From assembly GCA_013239625.1 (NCBI GenBank), contig MU054187.1, positions 4,041,757 to 4,105,756 on the forward strand: DNA of 64,000 nt, in the 5' to 3' direction. This DNA is from Lama guanicoe. Lineage: Eukaryota. Position numbers and translations under genes: made by a program. The notes under the pieces are model-generated. The model did not search any database, was not told the DNA's origin, and worked only from the letters and a program-made list of their open reading frames with translations. Below, piece by piece: positions 36,721-49,072 of this stretch (its first letter is position 1; each line of letters begins with the position of its first letter).

Positions 36721-37199
36721 TTCCTCCATGAACTCATACTGTGTATATCACATCAGAAAGCTCTTTCCCCAGTAGAAACCGGTTTTATGGTCTTTGTAGC
36801 TCAGGAAAACCACATGGCAAGCCTCAAATGTTTCTTTTATTCAGAAGTTTTTATTGAGCAGCTAATAAGTGTAATAGTTGGTGTCCTCGGGAAGATCAGT
36901 GACGTGCGATTGGCAGAAGAATAAGCAGCGCACGGGAGCCGGTGCTATGCGAGCACAAAGGAAGGGTCGTTAAACCCTTATTAGCTAAAATAATAAAGCA
37001 GTGGGACAAATCTATGAATTCAAATAGCGTCAAGCACAAACAGAATTTAGGAAATAATAGACTGGCTTTTCAAATTAGTGGAGTGAAAATTCAATAATTA
37101 CTGTTGGAACACTGGCAACCCATTTGGAAAGAAAGTTATTGGAGATCCTTATATTCCAATGTAAACTAAAAATTTTAAAACTTTATGTATACTAAATGT

Positions 37200-37315
37200 T
37201 TAAACAATACAAAGATATACTGTACAACATGGGGAATATAACCAATATTTTGCAGTAACTGTAAATGGAGTATAAACTTTAAAATTGTATTTAAAAGTTA
37301 AAAAGGAAAAAATAC
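37200..37315 (+). mobile_element. L1 3' end within an older L1 fragment (~37020-37520)
   Basis: atatactgtacaacatggggaatataaccaatattttgcagtaactgtaaatggagtataaactttaaaattgt followed by an A-rich tail. Confidence 0.7.
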
Positions 37316-38714
37316 ATCTGTAGTATTCAAGGAAAAAAATTAAAAGGAAAATACATAAATAAATAGAACCAAAAAATATATAAACAGGTAAAAGTGAACA
37401 AATACAAAGATATAAATTTCGAAATCCTTCTTCCATATGAAAAGGTACCATAAACAAAACTGATGCTTGAATGACAAATTAGAAAAAAATGTTTGTAACG
37501 TACAGGACAGGTAAAAAGAGAGCATCCCAAACAAGCTGGAGAAGCTCTATTATCCAGAACCACAGAGTGAAAGAGTAAATGGGTACTTTGACAGATGGAC
37601 GGCTGTGGCTACAGGCAAAACAGGGACAATGTTATGGGTCAGTTTTCGTCAAACCTTCAAAGGACACATAACCCATTTCTGAAAGTACTTTATGGAGAAA
37701 AGGGGAGGAAGAGGAAGGAAAAGGTGATGAGCAGCTACCCAGCCAATGGGCAAGCAGTGGGGACTTGTGTCCACAGGAGGAAAGAGAAGATGCAGGCCCT
37801 GAGAGGCAGCAAAGGGGAAGCAGAGGATGCAGGGCGGGGATGACATGGGCCAGAGCCCGGGAAACAAAGTCAGAGGGTGCCAGACTCAGGGGATGGAGAC
37901 TTTAAATAGAGGAATGAGATGACCAGATACGGAGCAGCGCAGAGAAGGAGCGGCAGGTAGGTCTCCGCTCCAGGTGGGGCCCTTTGCAGCACTTACCAGC
38001 CACCTTGACCCGCCTTCTCCATCCCTGCCCCTTCATTTGTTTGGACGTAAATTCTTTGCAGAGAGACTTTGGTTTGTTGTTTGTTCATTGTTTTCTCAAA
38101 GTGGCCTTTCTTGGGAACACTTAGTTAGTTACAATTTATATTGAAAAAATGAAGCAGGAGTTTTGTCTGTGTGTGTGTGTTTTATTTTTGAGTATTTTTT
38201 TTATTGTTTTTTGTTTTTTCTAGTGTGCAGCCTTAAGAGATTTCAACATACTTAGTAGCCTTTGAGGGGCTTTGAGATGCGAAAGTTTTGCCTTCTGCAT
38301 TCTTTACATAGTAGGGGAAAGATCCCAAATATTGGGTACACAGTGGATAGAAATGCCTAGTTTCTAAAATAGAGACCAGCTGGAAAATTGCCAAAAATGC
38401 TGGTGGAAAGTTTGTCCTGTTCTTGCATCTTATAAACAAGTATTTATGAACCATGGTGCGTGTGCTACAAGGTGCCTGGAAACCCTTAGAATGTTTGGAG
38501 TTTTTCCTTCACGTCTATTTCCCTTGAGAAATATGCAATATTAGCAAAAGGGAAGAAGGCCTGGGGCGGATGAGGGTTAAATAGAAAAACAAATGTTCTC
38601 AGTGCACCCAAAGTCTGGAAAAGGTGGTGGAAGGAAAGGATTTATCTTGCCCATTTGGCACAAAATCCAAGTAAAAATGTAACTTGGTTTCTCTTAAGTA
38701 TGGCAGAAGCATCG

Positions 38715-39160
38715 TTTTTTAATTATTTTTTTATTGAAGTATAGTCATTTTACAATGTGTCAATTTCCGGTGTACAACATAATGTTTCAGTCATACATAT
38801 ACATACATATCTTCCTTTCCATGTTGTTTTTCTTTATAGGTTATACAATGTATTGAATATGGTTCCTTATGCTATACAGTAGAAATTTCTTGTTAATCTA
38901 TTTTATTATTTTATCAAATTATTATATTATAATCTATTTTATTTATTTTAGTAGTTAGAATCTATAAATCCTGAACTCCCAGTTTATCCCTTTCCACGCT
39001 CTTCCCCCCTGATAACCGTAAGTTTGTTTTCTGTGTCTGTGAGTCAGTTTCTGTTTTGTAAATAAGTTCATTTGGGTCTTTTTTTTTAGATTCCTCATGT
39101 AAGTGTTATCACATGGTATTTTTCTTTCTCTTTCTGGCTTACTCCACTTAGAATGAGATC
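38715..39160 (-). mobile_element. L1 3' UTR fragment (~445 bp)
   Basis: ttttttattgaagtatagtcattttacaatg...taagtttgttttctgtgtctgtgagtc...tttctggcttactccacttagaatg. Confidence 0.85.
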
Positions 39161-39857
39161 CGTCTAAATCAAAACTTGAAGTAACTCTGGTTAACAGGGC
39201 TAAAGTGTACCTTTGTCGTTTCTGTGGAAGAAGAGCTTACAAGGCAATCTAAACCGTGAGAGAGGGAAATGCTTAAGGCTCGAAACCGCTTAAGGGCAAT
39301 TTAGAAAACCACTTTATATGTAAATTTTGTTCCTGAACACTAAACACACTCATAAATTATCCATTTATTAAAGTATTTACTTACATAGAGGTTCCCTTGC
39401 CCACCTGCCAGCATCTTCACAGAATGTACTTCATGTATTTCAAAGAAATTAAATAAAATGTCTTAACGTTCTAAAAATCAATTTTTTCCCTTAACACACT
39501 GATGGGTACCAAACTTTACTCTGCAAAGAATGTGCAGACGAGGCCACAAGAGAGATAGCGGTTGTCAGGTGAGTAAGTGAAAAAGTGCACAGCTCATCAA
39601 GGACCGTCCCGCGCGTGCAGGTCAGGGACACACCAACCACAGCGAGGCCCGTGAGAGTCTTTTACAAAATTAACGCCACCCAGATATAAGCTGTTCTAGT
39701 CACTGGAAATAAGGACTCTTTTATTCTGTCCATAATTTTGAACTTCTGCTAAATAATAGCCCTGTTTCTGATGTCGTCAATCTGTTGGTGAATCATTAGT
39801 TGGCAGCACTGAAGGGGACTGTGGGGAGCATGTGGTCCGAGTGTCCACCAGCCCATT

Positions 39858-40141
39858 GGTAGTGGGTTGAAACGTGGCCCTCAAAAGACCCGTCCCCAGA
39901 AACTGACTATTTCCTGGACATGGTTAAGGAGCGAAGACGGCCTTACATGGCCTGAAATATGTGATTCAGGACTCGGAGAGGGTTCTGCCTACGATGATCA
40001 GAGTGGGTCCTAAATCCAATGACAGACGTCCTTACAAGAGGGAGGCAGAGGAAGATGTCACAGACACAAGAGGAGGAGGTGGTGGATAAGACCACCAGGC
40101 AGAGAATGAAGTGGCGTGGACAGAAGCCAAGCACAGCCGGT
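39858..40141 (+). mobile_element. ERVL-MaLR LTR (MLT1) 5' part, interrupted by the SINE at 40142
   Basis: tggtagtgggttgaaacgtggccctcaaaaga...gtgggtcctaaatccaatgacagacgtccttacaagagggaggcagagg...aagccaag. Confidence 0.75.
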
Positions 40142-40260
40142 GGGGGAGGTGCAGCTCAGGGGTGGAGCACGCGCCTAACCTGCACGAGGTCCTGGGTTCA
40201 ATCCCCGGTACCTCCATCTAAGTAAAAAATTAAACCCAATCACCCCCCCCTCAAATAAAA
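40142..40260 (+). mobile_element. tRNA-derived SINE, camelid Vic-1 type
   Basis: GGGGGAGGTGCAGCTCAGGGGTGGAGCACGCGCCTAACCTGCACGAGGTCCTGGGTTCAATCCCCGGTACCTCCA: A-box-like segment, B box GGTTCAATCC at 40195-40204, then an A-rich/C-rich tail. Confidence 0.85.
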
Positions 40261-41574
40261 GATGGATCCAGGATAGCCGTGGCCCTCCCTTTCAGCATAG
40301 TGGGTAGCCCCGCGGAGGCCATAGGGTTAACTGGGGAGAAGCACCTTCCTGGAGCCCCCGGTGGGCGGTGGATTTAGTGGGTCTGGGGTGAGCAGCTAAG
40401 TTGGGGCTGGCGACCAGAAGCTGCGGTGCCCTCTGCTGCGTGTCCCCTTGGCACTTGGTCCGGGGGGGTGGCTGTGTCCCCATTTTCACCCTGGTTGCAG
40501 GGCTGGGGCTGAGGGCGCCTACCCAGTCCCCGGGATGGGAGTCTTGTCTGAGTTAAGACTCCCGCTGGGAAGGCCATCATCACAGCGATTCAGTGACCAG
40601 GATCTGCTGTAAAAACCTTCTGACCTAAAAGAAGGGGAGGAAGGGGGTGCAGCCAGAACTCATGTCTTCCTTTAACATCTGCCCATTTCTGTGTGTTGCG
40701 CGGCCACAGCTGAAGGACAGAATACTGAATTCACACGCGTGTATGTTTTATGGAATTTCAGATCATCACTCTTCTGCCTCACTTTCCACATGAGAACACA
40801 GGTGAATAAGACCTTGTCAGTTTGTACAGAGACAAAGCAGAAGCACACCCCAAACTGGCTGCCTTCAAAGGCTCACCCCCCAGCGCCAAATAAAAAGCAA
40901 AAACAAATCCTGCCACCCTCTGGAACCAGCTCAAATGATCCGAATGGTTTCCAAAATGATTCTTCGCGGTAAAGCTGTTTGTTTGTTTGTTTTAAGTGAT
41001 TCTTCAAAACAGCCATCTGCTTTAGCTCTTTGGCCACAGACATCATCCAAATCAGTTTTCTTCCCTTCAAGATTTCTTGTTTTTTTTCCCCTCCACTCTT
41101 CCTCTGCCTACTCTATTCTGCTAGAAACCGCGGTCACCGTGATAGTAAATTAATAAATAAATTAATCAGCACCTGCTCACGCTGCACCACGTCCATCCTC
41201 TTAACTGTCCCATGCACAGCTTGTAGGGCTGGAAACAATTACCCATGAAGGGATGAGCTGTTTCCCTTGGTAACAGAGCTTACTTAAAAGCAGGATTCTT
41301 CAAAGGAACTTTAAAAAGGTTATACCTGCCGAATTTCAGCCGAAGATAGAAGGTCATACCTGCGGAATTTCAACCAGCAGAAGAGGTGTATTACATTCTG
41401 TTATTTCAATTCTAACCTCAAGGTTTTGAAATTCAACCTCAAAAGAGGCTTTTCTAGTTGAGTACAGACAGCGATGCTCTGCTTCCCCCGTGTGGCGGGG
41501 TTTGGTATTTCACTCTAAAGAAACCAGATGTGCAGCCAAAACCAAAGGAGGAAGCAAGCACGGTCAAGAGGCTC

Positions 41575-41575
<1 letters not shown>

Positions 41576-41620
<45 letters not shown>

Positions 41621-41633
41621 GTCTGTCTGTCTG
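41576..41633. repeat. (TCTA)n microsatellite followed by (TCTG)n
   Basis: About 11 TCTA units read directly. Confidence 0.95.
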
Positions 41634-41779
41634 TCATCATCTATCTATACTTTTTATTCTGAAACTGAGGTCCCTCGAGGATCTAACCCAAAATCTAGGC
41701 TGGTGGAGGGGGCAGCACTAATTGTGGAGATCCAGGGAGAACCACACAGAGATAACCCTTTCTCCTCTGAGTGCGTCTC

Positions 41780-41910
41780 CTGCACCTGAGGTCCCCCAGG
41801 AGCTTCTTGGAAATGTGGTGTCTCAGCCCCGCCCCAGACCCTCCAGACCCAGAGTCTGCATTTTAGCAAGATCCCTGGGGAATTCATGCTCTGGAATTCT
41901 TGAGACCCAC
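41780..41910. mobile_element. MER5-like hAT-Charlie DNA element
   Basis: ggagcttcttggaaatg...cagccccgccccagacc...cagagtctgcattttagcaagatccctgggg. Confidence 0.65.
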
Positions 41911-42319
41911 AGGGCTAGAATGACTGAAACAGCCAGGACCCACTGCTGGGGAGAGAGGCACGATGGTCAGAGAGAGCGTCTGGGGTTAAAACGTGAGCCC
42001 CAGATGAAAAGGACCAGAAATAGGGACCCCAGCTGCAGGTGGTGGCTTGCAATCGGTTTCCCAGGGAATGTAAAAGCAGGGATTTTTACTTGATGGTGAC
42101 TATTGGTTCTGCTGAGCTACTGGACGGGTCAAGTGGGCAGGTGTCACCATGAAGAACAGCAGTGATGGGCTGATAATACCAGTGGTGACAAACTCTGGTG
42201 ACACTGAGGGTTGCCAGGCCCTGTGCTGAGGGCCTGTGCATTGTTGTGCATTGCTTAAATGGATACTCAGCCATAGTTGAGGGAGTGACATTTGTGCCAG
42301 AGCGTCAATTAAGGTAAAG

Positions 42320-42485
42320 AGGCAATTCTCCAGCGTTAGTGTATCTAGGAAACATCTCAGAAGTGTGTTCAAATGCAGATTCCTGGGCCCTAGTGTGACA
42401 CTGCTGTACTGGGGAGTCGACTGTAGGTCCACGAATCTACCTCTTAAACTGTTCTTTCCAGGTGGTTCTGAGGCAAAGGATGCAA
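42320..42485. mobile_element. MER5-like hAT-Charlie DNA element
   Basis: aaatgcagattcctgggccc...aatctacctcttaaac...ccaggtggttctgaggca. Confidence 0.6.
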
Positions 42486-45400
42486 GGATGACCCTCAAAG
42501 AAAGGGCAGAGACTCAGACCAGCCAGGGCTGTGGGTACAGGTTGCACGTGATGACTGAGGCCATTGAACTAAACAAAATACTAATCTCTAAACAACAGAG
42601 AATAAAGGGGTACCTCCCTGGAATTTTTGATTCTAGACGTGAAGCCACTTTATGATCATAGAAATTGCAGATGCAGAAATCAGGAATATTAAATAACCAA
42701 ATTCATAACTAGGTTTTTTAAAAATGCCTTTTTACCTTCTCATTATAATAGAGAATTCTTAGGATGTAGACCATTAATTTTTTTTAATTATTTCTAATTG
42801 TTAGTACTTTGAAAGCACAGCAACTTCAGTAGGGAGCCCAGCCCCCTGCACCTAACAGAGTAGTAATGGCTTTGTCTTTTGAGTCCTGGAAATCTACAGA
42901 AGGAGAGTCGGGGAACTTGACAGGGATGTGGATTTCAAGCATAAAAACGGGGCGCAGTCCAACCCTGTGGCTCTCCTGCCCCTCTCAACCCAATACCGCC
43001 CAGAAGAGCAAGACGCCGGGGAGTGCGGGCGTGGCTTCAGGCAGCGGAGGGGGCCACCGCGGCTGCAGAGCTGGGGTGTGGCTGTGACCTGGGCCTCCAG
43101 TTGGGGGAGAACAGAAGTGCGATGCGGCAGCGGGCGTCAGTTGCTCTCGACAGACTTGCTGGGGATGCGCGGGCTCCCTCACCTCGTCCTCGCAGAGAAA
43201 TCCTTCTTGATTGTTTTCTGTGCCCAACCTTCCTCTTTCTTTTCTTAACAGACCCTGCCTTGCCCCGTGGACAGGGGACTTTAGGACAGGCAAGGACCTA
43301 TGTCCCAACCAGATCAACTGCAGCTCTTTCCAGGACTTTCTGTAAAGTGAGTGAGGAAGACTGTTGCACATCGGGGGCTGCAGAAAGAGCGCAGGGCTCG
43401 CTGAGGGCCACGGTCCCCATTTTGTGGAGAAAGACGGTCTATCAAAGGAGGGAGATGAAACAGCACCCCAGCAGACAGAGTCCAGGGAGAGAGAGAAGGA
43501 GGGGGGAGAAAGAAGGAGAGCAGGAGGGAAAGGACCACATCCTTTAAGCAGCCCGTCCTCTCTCCCTAACCTCGTCTTTCTCAGGCATTTCAGCCAGTGA
43601 ATCATTTTCTGTTTAGGTTCATTTGAGTTAATTGAACAAAGGCCTTCAGACCAGACAAACGTAACTGAGACTCAGAGGGGAGAGTCACCCTTGAGGGCCG
43701 TGTGACTGCTCGAAGGTTTTCCCCTATTTTGTCTCATTTCCTCCTCACGGGTGCCCTAAGGTGGGTCCTGCTGCCACACGTCTTTACGGCGGAGAACGGT
43801 GCCCGAGACCGTGCAGCGAGCAAGACGCAGAAGGGTTTTCAAGGGGAGGCGCTGCTGCGCCCGGCCCTGGTGGTGATCTCTCTTGCTCCTTACTGTCCTC
43901 CTGGAGGAGCCCCACTCCCGTCTCTCACGCGACTCAGGCATCAACGGCTCTTGAACAGTCGCCTGGAAGACAGACCACCGGTTTAGCAAATCCACCTGCC
44001 ACCCTCCAGGGTCGGGGGCTGAGGGCGAGCTGTCACTGCCGGAAATTCAGCTCTTGCTGGTGACCCAGCATCATCCTGCTGTCTGACAGAGCACTCCATA
44101 TTCAACGTTTCCTTTTGTTGCTGTATTTAATCCACTGAGGGTTCCGAGACTACTCGGCCTGCAGTCCCGAACAACTGTTTGACACACTGAAGGAGGTTTT
44201 ATCACTTCCCCAGAGACTGAGACGTGTATCTGAGAAAGATGGTTTTCCCCCTGCCCCGTGGAACTCCCCTGCTTACCTACCAACAGCTGCTTTAGACAAA
44301 ATTACATCCACTTCTGAAAATACTTTCCATGACAATGTTCTCTTTGAAAAATCTGGTCTGGTCTTCTGCCAGTTGGAGATTTGATGTAACCAAAGATCTT
44401 AATCCAGCTAAAGAACTAAATTCACGGAAAACAGAAAAAGAAACTTCGGCCAAGTGTGCAGTTTGCATTTCCACTGCAGAATAAGCCCTAACCCAGGATG
44501 TATCTGGGAGGAACTCCCACCAGGGATGTGGAAATCTTGCTTCTCCATCGGAAATCTGGTTTGGGAAAGAAGCCACTCTGCTTCCTGTCCAACAAGATGG
44601 AATCCTTTGTTTCCTGATGTTCTCAGCACGCCTGGCGGGCAGACAGCCCTGGCTGGGAGGAAGGCACAGACGTCCTAGGCAGTAGATGGGGACCGGACTC
44701 CGCCAGCAAGTTCCCTGCGCGTCCTGTTTCTCTCCACTGGCTCGAAGCTTCAAACTGTCTGAGCAAGATAAATTCAAATTTTTGCAAATGGCAAAAACCA
44801 AACCAAAACAAAACATCAGATGTGATCTCTGAAATATCGGGTGGTCATCACAGGGTCACCTCTTTTTAGGGAGAACTTGAATGCACTGTTGAAGCACTTT
44901 GGAAACTCTGAGATCATATTCCTGGTGAGAGCCACCTGAAAGAGGGAAAAGAGGGCAAGAAAATAGTCCTGCTCATTATTAAACAGTTGAGACATTTGAA
45001 AATGATTCTGTGCTTTCAAAATACTCAAATTTTAGAAGTCTTTTTAAAGTAACGGTCTACATCCCAATTGTTAAATTAGGATGCAGAATAGAATTCTCTA
45101 TTATTTATTCATATGACGAAGTTAAATGCATTTTTTAAAACCCAATTATGAATTTATTTAATATCCTTGATTTCTGCATTAGCAGTTTCTAAGATCATAA
45201 ATCTCCAAAATGCAGAGACATACTGAGTTTCATGTCCATAACCAATAAATTCTTGGAGGCACCCCTTATTATCTGTTGCTTAGAAATAATTTCTTTTTCA
45301 GGTGGAGAGAGACTTTGTGGTCTCTGTCGTGGAGAATCCTAACCTTGGGGAGAGTCCAGGCCCCGGCTTTGCATGTTTCACAAGGCAGCCGCACACTGCT

Positions 45401-47607
45401 GAGATGAAAGGCCTCTGAGTATCTTCTTCCTGGCGTCTGGCACCCCCTTCCGGTGTACAGGTCTTAGTTTAGGATTCCCTGTCCGCCTGTAAGGCGCATG
45501 TCTCCACGCCAACATCTTCAAATCTCCTTGTTGACATGATACACAAACGAGAAGTCAGGGATGACCTTTCCCCACTATTTGAGTCAAATATTTAGTGCCA
45601 CGACTTTTCAGGAACTCACTGTGTGTGGAGAAGGATCAGGAATCCCAGTGCCCAGACAGGTCACGGGTGAGCCATCCACACCTGAGCTCTGGACCAGGAC
45701 CCAGAGCTGGGTCGCAGCTGGACACCAGCCCCCAGCACCCACGCGGCTGCCCCTGCCAATGGCCACAGTGGGAAATTCATAAAACAGGCATCAGAGAAAC
45801 TTTCTTCAGCTGATGTGCTGTAGGACTGCAGTTGCTTTAGAAGCTTCTCCCAGAAAAATGAGATGGTTGTGGGCTTGATAACTTTCACAGTTCAGAAAAC
45901 TTCCAGGTTAATTTTTATCTCCTCATTTTCACTTTCAGCTCTACCACATGATTCTCCTAATTTATTCCTGTAGGAGGGTTCTACCACTGCCTGAGTTACC
46001 CACCCAAGCTCACAGACACGTTAACAGACTGACCCTACAATTTATCATACAAAATGAGAATGATTTTGAGAGAAAAAGGATGCTAAAATTGCTACAGTGA
46101 TACATTTTCAAATATATTTATTGACAAATTGGTTTCGTTATTATTGCGCTTATAAAAATGCTAGTCCCCAAAATGAAATCTCGCATTAGTCAAACAGGAA
46201 TTGCCTGATCAGCATTAGCCAGGTATTCTGCCTGATGGACCCCTGCTGCCCCCTTTAAGGAAAGTGTCCTTGCAATGACCAGTCCATAACAAAACCTGTT
46301 CCAAAGCAAGACGCTTGACTCTAAGGCATGTCTCCTACTTTGGTAGGCGAAGAGGCGGGGAGGTGCTGCTGCTAGCTCATGCTCGCTTTCCAGAAACAGA
46401 AAATCTCTTTTTCATGTCAGGACATGTGACAGGTACAGCAACAGAAATACCAGAGCAGGGCTGCAGAGGTGATCTCTAACAGCCCATGAAATCGGAATGT
46501 ACTGTGAGGATCACCAGCAACCGTGAAAACTCCTGGTGTGTTTCGGCTAGACGTCTTGGATTTGAAGTGGATGCCGGGGGTTTAAATTTCCTTCATCTCT
46601 CCAGTGATTTAATCAAAAACAGGGGGGGGGGTTGTGAGGAGCTAGATAAACAAGCACACTCCTCTCTCACTGCCCTTTCCTGAGGCAACTGCTTATAATA
46701 CTAAATACGATTATTAAGGTCTATTTATGGAATATCTAATATGAACCAACACCGCCAAGGTCTCAGGCGATCTAAAATCATGTATCTCAGAATTCTGAGA
46801 AATATCAGGACATTATCTGCTTCTGTCAGTAGTCAAACAGGTATTTTCCGCCTCCTATATACAGCTGCAGCCTAGAGAGACCAGCTGGGTGTGGAGGAAG
46901 CGACAGAGGATTCCACAACAGCCGCCACCGGGAAATTCGCGGGGGCACAGGGCCCGCAGGTGGAGGGCAAGCCCAGACACCTCTCGGCCCCGCCGTCTCT
47001 GCGCCCAGCTTTGTCGGTTGCGAAGTGGTGACCTGCAAATCTGACAAACGCTGTTTCAAGAAATCCTCAGGAAGTATAACAAGCAAAATTTCAGGAAAAA
47101 ATCGTGTTTTTCAGAGAAAAATCATACGTTTCAAAAAAAAAAAGCATTTTAAAAGTGTTGATTTGTCTTTTAAGAGTGCAGCTAAAGAAATCAAAATAAT
47201 ACAACACGAAACAGCTACCAGCAGCGAGACAGGCAGTTTGCCAGTGGTGGAAAGGGCCACCCTCCCGACGCCTGCTTTGTTCGCCCGCAGAGGAAACCAG
47301 ATCGAAAACTAACATTGCAAAGCAGGTTCATAGCACCTGCTCATCATCCACAAGCCTTGAGGGAAACAGACGCCCCGGACACCCTCCTCAGCGGGCTTTC
47401 CTTACTGCCTTTCTACAACTTTGTTCTTGTCTTTTCTTCTTTCACTCTTTTCCTATCTCCCGTCTTAGTTACTTTAAAAAAATCTGATAAAGCATTCAAG
47501 TGACAGTTTTGTTAGAGCTGTTTGTCATGTATGTGCTCAAGCAGGTGATGCTGTGTGTAAATGGTGAGAGAAGACAGGGCCCCATGAAATTAAGAGTTTA
47601 AAAGTGG

Positions 47608-47822
47608 ATGCGTTCAGAGACAGAAAGAAGGATGGTTGTTACCGAGAGGGGGACTGGGGAGTGACTGTTGGATGGGTACAGTTTCCGTTTGGGGTGAACA
47701 GGTTTCAGACGGACAGGGGTGACAGCTGCACAACACTGTGAATGTAAATGCCATGCATGCAATTGTACTCTTAAAAATGGCTGAAACGGTAGATTTGTTA
47801 TGTATATTTTACGAGTTAAAAC
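47608..47822 (+). mobile_element. L1 (L1MB-like) 3' end
   Basis: agagacagaaagaaggatggttgttacc...gggtacagtttccgtttggggtga...cttaaaaatggctgaaacggtagatttgttatgtatatttta. Confidence 0.8.
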
Positions 47823-47872
47823 AAGAGAGGAAACACAGAAGACGCAGCACACCATCTTTCAGACGTGACCAG

Positions 47873-47878
47873 TTTATT
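47873..47878 (-). terminator. Candidate distal polyadenylation signal AATAAA
   Basis: Plus-strand tttatt. On the minus strand it is followed about 20-50 nt later by the GU/U-rich tract GGTGTGCTGCGTCTTCTGTGTTTCCTCTCTTGTTT. Confidence 0.6.
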
Positions 47879-49066
47879 CAGAAAATTCAGATTTCGGATT
47901 GGCAAGAGTTCGGGATAATCACTTCATTGGAGGCAACCACATTATCTAGAGCTACCTGGCCGTGGGGGTAGTATCTGAAGGAAAGAAAGCAAAACTCCAA
48001 AAAATAATCTAGGGTGTGTGGGGTGATAATCGTGAATATTTGCAGAGGAAACAAAGCAAACAAGCAGCTTACACAACAGGCACAGAAACGCTGATGCGAG
48101 TAGAGACCCTTCATTCCATTTAGTTCGACAAGACATGAAGCACCTGATTTGTTCCAGACGCTGGGCTGGCTGCCGGGCTTGAGGCGGAAACACAGCGATC
48201 ACCAGGACGCAGTCGCTGTCCTCAGCAAGGCCGCTCCAGCACGTGTGGGAGAGCGCTGTAGGCGAGGCAGCAAAACCTGCTCTAAAAACACGGACGGACG
48301 CGTTCCCTTTACTTCTCAGTAGAGTGGAAGCTGGGAGCCTCTTAAATTTGGTGGTGTGGGTGAGGCGGGGGATGGCACATGGAGTAGAGAAAACCCTAGA
48401 GCCCGAGCGTGTCTTGGCAATGGGAGGTGAGCTAGTTCCTCCAGCTTTCCATGTGCGGGAGGGGAGGAGAATTCAAAGGTACCGAGTCTTATTTCAGTCC
48501 CTCCCATCGTTAGCTCATTATAAGAAAGAGATCGACAAGGAAGTGAGAATGACAAAAACAAAAACAAAAAACACGTTTGAGGAGGCAGGGACACATAGAT
48601 GAAACACCGTTTCATTGTTTTAGTGTAAACTCAGCCCCTTGTGTGTATCTATTTAGTAGCTTAAGTAAAACCATCGAATGGGGGAAAACAAAACAAAACC
48701 ACCCATTGGCTGCACCGCAGTTCATCGTGGTAGAATGGTCTCCTTAGCCTACAAAGCTAGCTTTGGCTGCTGCCAGTGGTGAGTGGGAGGGTCCAACGGA
48801 AACTGAAGTCCATATTTTACACATTAGTTAAAGTCTATAAACATTTCCACCTTCACTGAACGCAGATGATGAAGGGGGCTTGGAAGAGATAATTTGGGAA
48901 GAGAGAGGCAGTCTTCGTAGGCTGGCTGGTCTAATGATGACTTGGTACACTGTATTTCCTGTTTAAAAAAGTACAGGATGAGCAAGTCTGAATAGTTTAC
49001 TACATGTATAATAGAACTTAGACACAACATACTGCTAACCAATCATCACAGTTTTTGCTTTTGCAA

Positions 49067-49072
49067 TTTATT
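49067..49072 (-). terminator. Candidate alternative polyadenylation signal AATAAA
   Basis: Minus strand reads AATAAATTGCAAAAGCAAAAACTGTG, followed by the GU-rich GTATGTTGTGTCT. Confidence 0.55.

Noticed and set aside
40142..40215. tRNA-like sequences here and at 55103-55170
   Set aside because: Both have SINE-type tails, lack a proper acceptor stem, and are diverged copies of one family. They are tRNA-derived SINEs, not tRNA genes.
41316..41383. Repeat-like pattern superficially resembling a CRISPR repeat-spacer unit
   Set aside because: Only two diverged adjacent copies, no unique spacers, no cas genes, and a mammalian context.
42985..43605. 206-aa minus-strand ORF and overlapping 174-aa plus-strand ORF
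   Set aside because: GC-rich and low-complexity sequence open in several frames; no homology recognised and no exon structure.
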